A DNA stretch of 64,000 nt, taken from assembly GCA_004764695.1 (NCBI GenBank), contig SMSO01000036.1:1054001-1118000 (forward strand), read 5' to 3'. The notes under the pieces were generated by a model. That model saw only the letters and a program-made list of their open reading frames with translations. It made no database searches and was not told the DNA's origin. Positions 44,815 to 56,108 of this stretch are shown piece by piece. A program made the translations under genes and the position numbers. Positions within the stretch are counted from its first letter, which is position 1; each line of letters opens with the position of its first letter. This DNA comes from Schizochytrium sp. TIO01. Its lineage: Eukaryota > Protista > Bigyra: Labyrinthulomycetes.

Positions 44815-45684
44815 ATGAGCAGCTCTCGTGACGTGGCTGTAGGCGCCCTTGTTGGTGTCACTGACATTGCCTCTGTGTACCCGTTGGCGGTGCTGGCATG
44901 CCGCCGCGAGGCTGGCATGAGCATGCGGCAGGCGCTGGCAGCAGGGCGATTCTGGTCGGGCGCCGCGACGCAAAGTATTCTTATTCCGTACTCCATCATG
45001 GTCGAGGGTGGCACAGCTGCCGTAAACCGTGCTCTTGGTTCATATTCACAGCACCCTCTGCTTGGACCACTCGTCATTTCTGGCATTGTCGGAGTTGGTT
45101 TGCAGCCAATCGAGAAGCAACTCGTTGTGGACCAGCTGTTGCAAAGCTCGAAAAATGATATGGCAAAATCTACTGTGGAGTCCACCAAGAACTCCATCAA
45201 GACTACAGCTGCAAAGACTTCGACAAACCCTGTACGTGCAATGGTTGAGTACCAAAGAGAATTTGGTCTACGTGCGCTGTACAAGGGAATCTCTTTTGTG
45301 GTTCTTCGGGAGTTCATCTATATCGCATCGATCACAGTCATCAACCCGTATGCCGTGGCTTACTCGAAGCGTATTGTAGGTGAGGAAAAGGGATATAAAC
45401 GCTCTGCAGAGGCACTGGCTGCATTTTCCGTTGGCTTTTCAGCAGGAATGGTGTCTGCTCCTGTGCAGACTATCAACGCCATGATGAAGGATGAACGAAA
45501 CCACTCCAGGTCTCTTGCTGAGATTGTCAAACGCGATCTCATCTTTGAGGCTTCAGAAGGTGGTTTTATGGCAACTCTGAGGCGGCTGTACTTTGGTTCA
45601 CTCATCCGTTCACTTCGCTGCGCAGGCGCAGGTGTACTGTACCATACATGGCGCACAGTTCTGGCGATGGCTGATGAGGAATAA
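44815..45684 (+). CDS. Divergent mitochondrial carrier family protein
   Basis: About 289 aa with a tripartite helical pattern: YP..RRE, QPIEK, GLRALYKG..LRE, APVQTIN and LYFG..IRSLR. First ATG 44815. Confidence 0.7.
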   Translation: MSSSRDVAVGALVGVTDIASVYPLAVLACRREAGMSMRQALAAGRFWSGAATQSILIPYSIMVEGGTAAVNRALGSYSQHPLLGPLVISGIVGVGLQPIEKQLVVDQLLQSSKNDMAKSTVESTKNSIKTTAAKTSTNPVRAMVEYQREFGLRALYKGISFVVLREFIYIASITVINPYAVAYSKRIVGEEKGYKRSAEALAAFSVGFSAGMVSAPVQTINAMMKDERNHSRSLAEIVKRDLIFEASEGGFMATLRRLYFGSLIRSLRCAGAGVLYHTWRTVLAMADEE

Positions 45685-46687
45685 GTGAAGTAAGTGAGTT
45701 GGTGCCAAGCTAGACTCGTTGCAGCTCGTACCTTATGAAGGCGGCAATCGATCACCTTTTTCTATTGGTGTAGTCTTCATTCAGGAATTATGAAAGTAAA
45801 AAGAATGCCATTTCGTGGTTTCATATTTGCTCTGGCTATTAGAAGACTTTGCAGCGCAATCGAAGAATTTGGCATCAATAGTGACCTAATAGAAAACAGT
45901 GTTGACTCACATTAAAAAACAGTTAACTTGAAGATCATAGATTCACTAGTTTTCAGAAGATTTATTTAGCCTCTCCTCAATAGCATAATTAAATGCTATT
46001 GACTATTACAATAAAGGAATATTTGAGGCTTCGGCTTCATTCATGTTCCAAACTGAGAAGATTCTTCGGCACATCTTGCCATATACTTGGCAAGTTACTC
46101 TTTTATTCTAGATATTTTAAGATGCTTATGTGTGTGCAACGGTCTCTGTAGTTTAGCATTCTAAAGTCATTTGCTGAGATAAAGTCCTTCATGTATTAAT
46201 TTTGCCACAAATGTTATTTTGAGCTGCTTTTCTCCTTTTCTGTTTTCTGCGCTGAGATCATTTCCCTTTACAAATAAGGAATCGTAATACGTTTTCATAG
46301 CTTCCTCTTCTAGAAGTACAGTTTAGACTAACTTTGATATGTGATCATGCAAACATTGATTGTAAGTACCTATGCTTATATGGATTATTACATCGGATGT
46401 GATTCAAAATTGGGATTGATTGCCTTGGGCATACTAGAAGTAAAACAAAGAACATGCTCAAAACGGCAGCATGAGATAGAGAAGAAGGTAAGCCAAGACC
46501 ACGAGTATCGACAGCGTTACCTTGACTAAAAATGCAGCTCTCATACACTAGTAAAGAAGAAATTAAAAGAAAGCAAGGTCTTAAAAGCACACACAAAACC
46601 AGCGTCGGTCTGAGAAGCAAACAAAGGAACTAAAGTGTAGTGGCCAACATCTATAAGCGTTCATCAACTTGACGATTTCAGGAGCAC

Positions 46688-48517
46688 TCACCAGAACGGT
46701 ATCCATGAGCGTGGATCCCACCATGGTCTGTCAGAAGGTGATGACGTACGGACAGCTTCTCTAGTAAGCTCGAGGAGGTCCTTGCGGTCAAACACCTGCG
46801 CACTTCGTCGCAGAGCATAAGGATATGCTGCTTGGAAAATGTCGAACTCAGGGTCTCCAACGACTGCGATTCCTTCAAGAACAATGAGAGCTCTCGTAAG
46901 CAAAGCAAAGTACTCAGGGACGAGGAAAGGATGCTTAAAGAACACCGCGTTAAGCTCACCTGAAACCTCTTTAAATTTACGCCTGCGGCCTTCGATAGCA
47001 CGGTATCGTCCGGTAATAATGTCTGAGGCTTTGACCTTTGATTCGTCTAGTACATGCTGCAAGTCTACGCGCACTGCCTCCCGGTCAACATCATCAGGTA
47101 GGAACCCAAGCAGAACACCGTCGTCGACAAGTCCTGCAACATCACCTTGCATAAGATGAAGAATAGCCTGGGTCATGGTGCGCATATCTGGAGGCGGGAC
47201 CTCGACGCAAAGGCCAAAGTCAATTAGAACTAGTCTGCCTTGTTCATCAACAAGTAAGTTTCCGGCATGTGGGTCGCCGTGACTGACGGCAATCTCGAGG
47301 ATTTGCTTGAGGAAGCACTCAACACCAACAGAGGTGAGTCTAGCAATCGTCTCTGGGGAGGACTTTACAAGCTGCTTACCGTGAACCCACTCCGTGGTAA
47401 GGACCTTACGAGATGTGAGGTCCCATACAACATCTGGTACACGCACCTTGCCATTCATACGCGGAACTAGCTCCCGTTTGAAGTATTCCTGATTTCGACC
47501 CTCATTTTCATAGTCGAGCTCCTTGTAGCTTCCGCGAGCGAAACAGTCAATCAAGTTGACATCATACTGTTTACGGGGTGTTAGAATGCCAACTTTCATG
47601 AGTGCGCTCTTTGTAAGTTCTACGAACTGGCTATAAAGTCGTAGAATATAGAGATCTAACGAGACCGAACGGATCATATCAGGTCGTTGGACCTTCACAG
47701 CAACATCGCGGCCGTTCTCTAGGCGCAGCTTGTAGACTTGTCCTAGACTTGCTGCTGCGATGGGCTTTGTATCGTCAGTGAGGTCCTGGAAGGCCTCAAG
47801 GCCCCTCTCGCCAAGCTCTGCTCGGATAATTTGTCTTGCAAGGCTTGTCGGGAACGATGGGACAGCATCACAGAGCGTCTGAAGCTCGGATAGTGCTGCC
47901 TGCGGCAAGAGATCTGGTCTCGTGGAAAGCATTTGGCCAAACTTGATAAATGTTGGCCCTAGCTCTGTGAGGAGTTGCGTGAGTTCCTGCGCATGGCGAA
48001 CCTGGGCTTCCTCAGAGTCCAGCATACCCATTTTGTATTTCATGCCAGTATTAGCGAGGAAGGGTATCACATAGTGCAGAATCTGGCACAATCTCCATAG
48101 CACCACGCGTGGGTGTGCGTCCCAAAACTCCTTAATTGCCTCGACTTCGTACGACAGTGGTAGCCCTTCGTCGTCCAGTCTGAGCAGTTCTGCTCTCCCC
48201 CCTGCGTAGGCCCAAGCAACCCCCGCGAACCCCAACGCCGCTACGCCGCCCACAACCCGAGCAGATTTCCTGAGTATTGATGTTTTCCTCTTCCCCACGC
48301 TTCCCTTCGACACCTCCGCTGTCGTCGCTTGTGTCACCATCGTCCTCGACCTGATCGTCTTCGTCATTGTCAAGTGCCACGTCCGAGTTCCTCGTAACTT
48401 TCCCACCGCCTCAAATCCGCGCCATGCCGCCAAATCCAGCATCGCCATCGGTCCTAGACTTTGCATTGCGCCGCTCCGAGCAGCGGACTGCGCCATTACT
48501 GTCGCCGACCTCCTCAT
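46688..48517 (-). CDS. ABC1/UbiB (ADCK) atypical kinase
   Basis: LGPTFIKFGQMLSTRPD, PIAAASLGQVY, VAVKVQRP, ELDYENEG, HGDPHAGN and IDFGL. Arg/Thr-rich presequence-like N-terminus. Confidence 0.93.
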   Translation of the reverse strand: MRRSATVMAQSAARSGAMQSLGPMAMLDLAAWRGFEAVGKLRGTRTWHLTMTKTIRSRTMVTQATTAEVSKGSVGKRKTSILRKSARVVGGVAALGFAGVAWAYAGGRAELLRLDDEGLPLSYEVEAIKEFWDAHPRVVLWRLCQILHYVIPFLANTGMKYKMGMLDSEEAQVRHAQELTQLLTELGPTFIKFGQMLSTRPDLLPQAALSELQTLCDAVPSFPTSLARQIIRAELGERGLEAFQDLTDDTKPIAAASLGQVYKLRLENGRDVAVKVQRPDMIRSVSLDLYILRLYSQFVELTKSALMKVGILTPRKQYDVNLIDCFARGSYKELDYENEGRNQEYFKRELVPRMNGKVRVPDVVWDLTSRKVLTTEWVHGKQLVKSSPETIARLTSVGVECFLKQILEIAVSHGDPHAGNLLVDEQGRLVLIDFGLCVEVPPPDMRTMTQAILHLMQGDVAGLVDDGVLLGFLPDDVDREAVRVDLQHVLDESKVKASDIITGRYRAIEGRRRKFKEVSGELNAVFFKHPFLVPEYFALLTRALIVLEGIAVVGDPEFDIFQAAYPYALRRSAQVFDRKDLLELTREAVRTSSPSDRPWWDPRSWIPFW

Positions 48518-51228
48518 GCTGGCCCTCCGGCGACCCTCCGTCCTGCGAGGACGCCTCTGAGCTCGAGATCAAACCAGCTTTGAATTCGGATTTGATTTGC
48601 CTTGATCTGCTTGAATTCATTCATCCATGAACTACATTACTCACAATGCCGCCTCTTCAAAGGAGCCTATTTTAACTTTGATAAAGAAAGAGTTTTCGTA
48701 TTTAAAACTATGACGATCGATGCTCAATGACTGTTTTTACTTTTGGAAAAAATAATAATAACTTGAGATTGAGATGAGTGAGAGTTCATTTATTTGCGGA
48801 GAATTAAAAAGGAGGCGTTGTCATTCTTGCCGCTTCAACTATGGAACGCCTGGAACACCGTCCATTGAGCTTCGTTTATCATCTTCTGATATTACCACGG
48901 TACCGAACCAAACTCCCTGCTTGTGAGTGTGTTTGTCTGTTTTGGTTGTCTTAGAATCGAGTTGATTTGTTTGTTTGAGGTTGCAAACTTGGTTTGTGCT
49001 GATCGCGATCAAGTTCTTCGTCCTGATCATCGCATGGATATCTGGTAGCCAGGAGCTCATGGAGAAGCCATGGCGCTTAGGGAGTGCATGTGAGATCTGG
49101 TTTCTTCATGTGCGGCATCGCCGTAGTAGTCAGATATTGGGCGTTACGGGCGATGGTGAAGGTGTACGGATAAAGAATAAGTTGGAACAAAATGTACATT
49201 CACGGCGACAGACCAACTGAAGCCTCTGGGAGGGGGTATTTAGGTAATAGCGTTCATTGGATTAGTCCTTGCAGGCATTCTTGAATATATATCCAGCTTC
49301 AAGACTAAACAGGGGCTCTGATAGTCAAACCTTGATGCTCCAGTCTTCGACCTTAGCTATCGCAGGAACACTAGCGCGTTCACGGGTCCTAAGGTAATGA
49401 GTAAGGGTTCCCTAACAATTGAGAATAGATGTACTGGTACGTATCCTGTGTTTGCAGATGTCTTTCTCATTGGTTGAAGGAGACACCTGCCTCGTAAAGT
49501 CTTCAAGTGACGCTATTCTGTAAAGCAACACATTTTTCGATGGCAAAGACGCTACCACTTTCATGATGATACGAAGGCGTGTCTTTGTGTTGATGTGTCA
49601 AGGAGACTGGGGAAGAACTTGAAGACAATAACAATGTAGAATAAAGAATGAAACAGCATCAAGAATATATCGATGCTTACTTAAACTTTGGGTGGACAAA
49701 GATAGTAGGTCAATCTCTAAAGGTGTTAAAGATCTTGCATGAGGAGAGAGGTAGAGGCGAAGAAGAAGTATGGCTCTGCAAACTTCACCCAGGTTGACCA
49801 GCCGGATATTACGTTGATCAGCGGTGCGTGTGTGAGAAGTAATACGAAAGAAATACGAACGTGGTGTAGAACTCTACAATTTTGCCCTCCTCCACAGCAT
49901 TTTTTTATTTGTTTTCTACTCCTTGGATGGTTTGTACCGCTCAACCAGAATAAAATTGGCAGAACTTTCAGTTGCGCAAACCAGTACTTTAAAAAACGTT
50001 TTGCTGATGCAGTCCTCTTTCATTTTTCTGAAGATTGCTATAAAAGCGCAAAAAAATATAGTATGGGCTTTCATACAAAATTTGATATTTCATTTTGTCG
50101 GGTAGAGAAGATGTTTGGCGTAAGGTGTTTTGCTGCATGCGCTGATAGAACTCCAGATTTGTTTGCAACTGTCCTAGCCCAGTTGTGTGTTTGGCACCTC
50201 ATCCTCTCTTTTTGATTATTTTTGCCAAGAGAAAAACCTTGAAACAGTACGCATTCTAGATTTAACAAGTCTGGCACTTCCTAGAATTACTGTACTTGCT
50301 TGGTTCCCTTTAACCCCAAAGATGTTCGTCGTTTATTTAAGCTGTTTCTCTCTACGTTTGAGCCGAGCTGAGAGACTGTTCCTCCCCGCTCTCAGATTTT
50401 ACCAGAACATATTATTCTGACCTTTAAAAAAATAAAATTATATCTATATTTAAATTAGAAATATATAATATATAATTAAACTTCCTTTCTTTGGAGAAAA
50501 GGTAGTATATAATTTATTTAATTAAAAACTTTAAAAAAGAAAACAAAAAACAAAAAAAGAAAAAGAGAAAGAGGCGATAAGCACCCAAATTAATTAAAAT
50601 GAATTGTGACTTAATTTCAAAAGCACATCCGTCTGAAACCTCTTTCAAGTACAAGCAGCATTACTGAGGGCACTTAAGGTCTCAACTCCCACCTTCATTC
50701 TGGCTTTGGATTCCATTTTCCTATATTTTGAGAACCGGGTTATTTCCTTTTTAACACCCTATTGTATTTTTGAATACAAAAGCATTACGATATTACCCAT
50801 TCTTCTCATGATTATAGTGTTCAAGCTAATAAATGATAAAAAATGAATTTTTGAAGATCAAATATTCCAGGATGATAACTTTTAGGCTCAGACCTCAAAT
50901 CTTGGGGCTTGAATGCGAACATTTGATAATGTAGTCCAACAAGGAGAATATACGATGGGTCCCGCAAAGCTGCAAAGATAGCCGCCTCTGTACGCAGCTT
51001 ATCTAAAAGTACTTATTGGTTTCGCTGGCGTTTGCTATTTTTCCTTTCTTGCCTTGCCTTCGAACGTGTGGCGTTGGGCATAATCTTTGGCTTTTGGACC
51101 TTGGAACTAGAAGAACCGCTGGGCTTGCAGATAAACACCTATCGAGGCATCTCCTCCTCCTGCGCCGCCTCCACTTTCCTTTGATTGATCTCGCTCGTTC
51201 TGGACTCTCTTCTGCAGCCCCCTTTGTG

Positions 51229-52362
51229 ATGGGCCCTCGAGCGAAGGCAGCTTTGCGCGGCAGCGCCGCCTACGATGCCTACATGATCTCCGTCTTTGGG
51301 CGCGATCGGTGGCTCGGCGGTCTTCGCGCTGCAATGGAGTCTCCGCGTCGTTCTTGTGCTCTAATTCTCAACTCTGACTTTGAGTCGCTCATTGCCTCAT
51401 GGCGCTCGCGCGGTTTCTCCACTCCAGTTGCTCACGAACCCTCGCTTTCATGCGCCATCCCAGTCTTCTCACCAAGCTCACTCAAGAGCTCCGCTGGCCT
51501 TTCGGGTGGACCCGAGAGCGATGTCTCAAGCATAAGTAGTGCCGATGATTCTGATGATAGCTTTGGCGACCTCATTGTGGACAGCGGCGACCCTGACGCT
51601 GACTCTGATGGTATTCTTGCAATGCCACGGCCTGTCTCGGTTTCAAGCGGTCTCCGCGACTATTACCCATTGGACCTCGCGAGCGTACTTGTAGCGCGCG
51701 CAGTGGGTGCTAGAGATGGAGACACTGTGCTCGACCTCTGTGCTGCTCCTGGTGGGAAGTCGCTTGTACTGGCTTCCTGCATCGGGCCACGGTCTGGCAG
51801 GCTTTTCGCAAACGATGTTTCTCCTTCACGACGCGGGAGACTGAAGTCTGTCATTGGTGACTATCTCGCGCCGGCGCACAGACAACGTGTCACCGTGCTG
51901 GGCTCGCAAGGATTTGCTTTGGGTGCGACCATGGCAGAGCGCTTCGACCGTGTACTTGCGGATGTGCCATGCTCGGCGGATCGTCATATGATTGTTCGCC
52001 CAACTGAGCTGGAGAGCTGGACAACAAAAAGACCGCGTCAGATGGCCAAACGCCAGGCAGGCCTGCTCTCAGGGGGTCTGCATGCACTCAGACCTGGAGG
52101 CACACTAGTCTACGCAACATGTGCCCTATCTCCAGAGGAGAATGATAGTGTAGTTAAAACGGCTGTAGAACGCTGCGCGAAGAAGTTCGAGGTGCGAGTG
52201 CAAGAGCCAAGTGCAAATGTACCGGGGATGCCACCCGGGGCAACGATGCCGGGTGTTGTAGTAGAGACAACTGAACTTGGACACATGGTTCTGCCGGATC
52301 TGAGCGATGGGTGGGGTCCTCTGTACTGGTCGGTAATCCATAAAGGCTTACCAGTGCAGTGA
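51229..52362 (+). CDS. RsmB/NOL1/NOP2/Sun RNA m5C methyltransferase, NSUN3/NSUN4-like
   Basis: YYPLDLAS, VLDLCAAPGGKS, AND.S.SR, FDRVLADVPCS, VYATCALSPEEND (both catalytic Cys) and C-terminal GP.Y. First ATG 51229. Confidence 0.88.
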   Translation: MGPRAKAALRGSAAYDAYMISVFGRDRWLGGLRAAMESPRRSCALILNSDFESLIASWRSRGFSTPVAHEPSLSCAIPVFSPSSLKSSAGLSGGPESDVSSISSADDSDDSFGDLIVDSGDPDADSDGILAMPRPVSVSSGLRDYYPLDLASVLVARAVGARDGDTVLDLCAAPGGKSLVLASCIGPRSGRLFANDVSPSRRGRLKSVIGDYLAPAHRQRVTVLGSQGFALGATMAERFDRVLADVPCSADRHMIVRPTELESWTTKRPRQMAKRQAGLLSGGLHALRPGGTLVYATCALSPEENDSVVKTAVERCAKKFEVRVQEPSANVPGMPPGATMPGVVVETTELGHMVLPDLSDGWGPLYWSVIHKGLPVQ

Positions 52363-54218
52363 TTGAGGCCCTCAGATCTTATTTGTTAAGAAAGTTACCT
52401 AGTTGGGCAAAGGTAGTGGCCTTTAGTCGTTTGGTGATACGATGTTCTGGAAGCTGATTTGCAGAGAGAGCTTTGTGGAAAACCTTATTTAGCATTTGTA
52501 GAGTTTGCTCAGTTTGTTGAAGGTGCGCACTGTGGGCTCTATTTGACGCATTGCGACACTGGCAAAATCTTCGAATAACAACGCTATACATTATGTACAT
52601 CAGTGGTTTTTGAGCATGCTTGCATGTCAATTAAAGGTAGGAAAATGGAATGGAATTTAGCTCAGGTATGCTACTTCAAACTACACTGGCTTGAGACAAC
52701 ATGATGCTGTTGACTTTTTATTTTTATTTTCTAAAGTGAGTGCATAATTCTTACAAGAAGGTGTATGCTCATTTAGAACGCACTAAAGAAATTCGCACGA
52801 TGCTTGAAAACTGGTTCCTTTCCTAGATTTGTGACTTCGCTATTTAGTTATTCTGTTGACGTGCAGTAGATACAATTGTCAGTTCCTTATTCTTTTATGT
52901 TCATAACAGTAGAAGTTACGTACTCGGGAAATTTTCTTTTGTAAATGCACTGAGACGAATGTCTGTTGACGCTATAGGAAGACACAGCTGCATAATAATA
53001 TCGTCTATGTCTCCAGGTTCTGTATTTTAATCATTTTGCATCTGCTTGCTCATTCTTTATCTATCGATTCCTTGTGTATTTATGTTCCCCACTACTCAGC
53101 AGGATCCTTAAATGGATGCGTTTAATTGATAGCACTTACTCTAGACCGTGGCTAATTGTATACATTCCTGATGGAATAGCTCGCCTTGGCCTCAAAAGTT
53201 CTTCGAATACCTGCAAACTGCATAACCTGGATTCCCTCTTATCAGCTTGAATCCTTGAGAATCTCATAAATGGTAATAATTATCTTGTACTGCACCCGGT
53301 GAAATCACCTCTTGGTCATGGGTGATGATTGTAGCCTGAGTGCTTAACCAATCTAAAAGATTTTAACTTGTTACTTATAACCGATGAGAATGCCTCTTGG
53401 TGTCCAATTACCTTTCAAAGTCATGTTTTGTCTCTACAATAATCTCGCATGTTACGATGACGAATTTCGCGGAATATTTCTTTTACAATGCTTCTACAAT
53501 GCCGACTATTTACTCACGCCCCCTGCGCTAACTATACTGGGTTGTCCCATCTTGGCACAGTCAACTTTATGACCTTCTCCTATACGAAGTCCGCATGACT
53601 TTCAGTTCTCCAAGAAGAGTAAAGGGCTCCATGACATTTGTTGCTATTTTACAAAGTTGTGTACGTCTTATATGATACTAGCTAGAAAGTACTTAGGTAA
53701 CCTTAGTAGTTACTGCTGCAACGAGTCCTCCTGCCCATTGCTATAGCGCCTACACCACCATCATAAGACTACCTACTGCAAACCTTACCAGAGCTTTCAC
53801 GCACTCCTGGAACCTTTGGTATTTATAGAACTTATGGCACGTATGGAACGAAGGGATACGAGAGGCTGCAGAGGTTAGTGACGTGGTAGATAGTGCTACC
53901 ACCTGCTGTCTTGAAGTTGCAAATGTATGTATGTGCCTGATGAGTTGATGAATGGAGATCGAACGAAGATGAATGCGTGAATTGATCTGTTCCGATCGAA
54001 GAAGCACGCAAGCACAGCCAGGGATGGCAATAGGCGACCTCACTTTCCCTGAAAGATGGTCTGCATTTCCACTGAGCAGCAGCAGGTCAGCAAATGAGCA
54101 AAGAAAGTCCAAGTGCAACAGAAGTAAAGCGCAATAGGCACAATAAGGAGAAGCAGCGCCTCTGCTATGAAATAATATGTGAACCATAACAATGAATAGT
54201 ATGAGATAAACAAATAAA

Positions 54219-54318
54219 TGAATGAAATGAATGAATGAATGAATGAATGAATAAATGAATGAATGAATGAATGAATGAATAAATAAATGAATGAATGAAT
54301 GAATAAATGAATGAATGA
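54219..54318. repeat. (GAAT)n microsatellite upstream of S16
   Basis: Read directly. Confidence 0.92.
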
Positions 54319-54449
54319 AGTAATAAGGACAATAGGAGAGAGAGCTAAGAGGGAGACGAGAAGCGCAGTAGTTTGCAGCGACAGAAAGTAAGCTCTCGGC
54401 CTCCGCCTCCGCCCCCGCCGCCTCCGCCTCGCCGCCACCTTCCGCCAGG

Positions 54450-54806
54450 ATGCCCGTCCGCCTCCGCCTGCAGCGCTTCGGCCGCCGCAACAAGCCGTTT
54501 TTCCGCATCGTCGCCGCGGACTCCAAGGCGCCTCGTGACGGTAAATTTGTGGACATCGTGGGCACCTACAACCCCATCCCGGACCGGGACGGGCTCAAGG
54601 AGGTTCGCATCAAGGAGGACCGCGTCAAGTACTGGCTCAGTGAGGGAGCTCAGCCCTCTGATCGCGTCATGTACCTTCTCGGCGAGTATGGCATCACCCC
54701 CAAGGCACCGCAGCGCTTCTCCCCCAACAAGATCCTCTCCAAGAAGGAGGCGAAGGACAACGGCCAGGACCCCGTGCTCATCTGCAAGAAGCTCGGCCTC
54801 TTGTAA
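54450..54806 (+). CDS. MRPS16: Ribosomal protein bS16, probably mitochondrial
   Basis: VRLRLQRFGRRNKPFFRIVAADSKAPRDGKF..VGTYNP..YWLSEGAQPSDRV is the S16 signature. Confidence 0.95.
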   Translation: MPVRLRLQRFGRRNKPFFRIVAADSKAPRDGKFVDIVGTYNPIPDRDGLKEVRIKEDRVKYWLSEGAQPSDRVMYLLGEYGITPKAPQRFSPNKILSKKEAKDNGQDPVLICKKLGLL

Positions 54807-56108
54807 GCGGCGCAGGACAGCCCATGCTTCCTCCAAGACACCTGAGTCTCCTGATCTACACATAGCTTGAGTCGGAGAGCGATTTTAGTCAGTTTCGCCA
54901 TTTTGCACGAAACTTGTTCTGTCAAACGTGCTGACAAAGTTTTGTTGAAGTTTGCTCTGCTGAAATCTCTGGAGAACCGACTCTGGTTATGTGGAGACCC
55001 TCGAGAACCTCAAACTTATCCTAATCTTGATCCTGACTATCCCCGGATTCTAAGGGCTGTGGTTTTTTTATTGTTCGTGCATGCTCTTCATTGACCGCGG
55101 CTGTCCTTTGTGATGGGTTTCCGAGGGCCCGGACATCTTCAGGTAGGTGAGGAGCTGACACGTGCTAAGTTCGAACCTTGGGTGGAAGCATGCGCATTCT
55201 AGCATGCTAGAAACGTATCCTTGAATTTATTCATGACGGGCTTTACCTGGGCAGGTACAACGTAAACGTATCATTAACGTTGAGTCCTGCTTCGTGAAAT
55301 CCGTTCTTGCCTTTTACATCTACTTTCTACAACTACAATTACAACAACGACAACAATAACAACACTTTTGACAATGTCATAGTATGTTTTGTTGACCTGA
55401 CATCCATGCAACTAACTCCCTTGCACAGTAGCTTTATTCTTTGCAAGTGGGATGCTTGCTTTCGCTCTCGTCAACTCCATTGCATCTTCTGCGACGAAGA
55501 GAAAAAGGCTTACTGGAATCATCAACTCTAGACACTCATGCCTTTCATTTGCCGCTTCTCGGCGCAACCTACAAATCCAACACAGAAATAAAAATAAAAT
55601 AGATCTACCCATTGCAAATATCCTAAGTTGCCTTTGCGCTTGCTCTATCTCTATAAACCAGGTGCATCGCTTTTTGTTTCTCAATACCTTTCAAGGAAAC
55701 ATACCTTCACACAAATTTATTCTGTTGGCACCTCCAAATCGATTCTTATCGATACGTTTTTTTTTTTTAATCTAGTATCTTCGAGAAGCATGGAAAAGAG
55801 AGATTTGAAATCATAATCAATCAAAAATCAATTCTATATATTTAAATTGTATAAAGATGTAAAAGCAAGCTCTTTGATTTATGGAAAAGGAGTGCGTAAA
55901 TCGACCATACAATCACCCGAGCGGTGCCTAATACAATAGAGTGAGGAAACCGTTTATATGGGTCATACACGCGCACTTCCTGGCTATAGTATATGTGTCT
56001 GTCAGATTATTGGACTTTTGGTGTATTTCATGAAATTGACAGGCTAATGTAGAGTGTAGATTTGCTTGCTACACTCATAGATAGAGTGTGCACTTATGGT
56101 TATTCCTT

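Noticed and set aside
49600-50420. 158-aa ORF and neighbours
   Set aside because: No ATG context or recognisable motifs. A decayed remnant is possible but unsupported.
53750-54870. ORFs overlapping S16 (271, 172 and 165 aa)
   Set aside because: Derived from (GAAT)n and GC-rich shadow frames, and S16 explains the locus.
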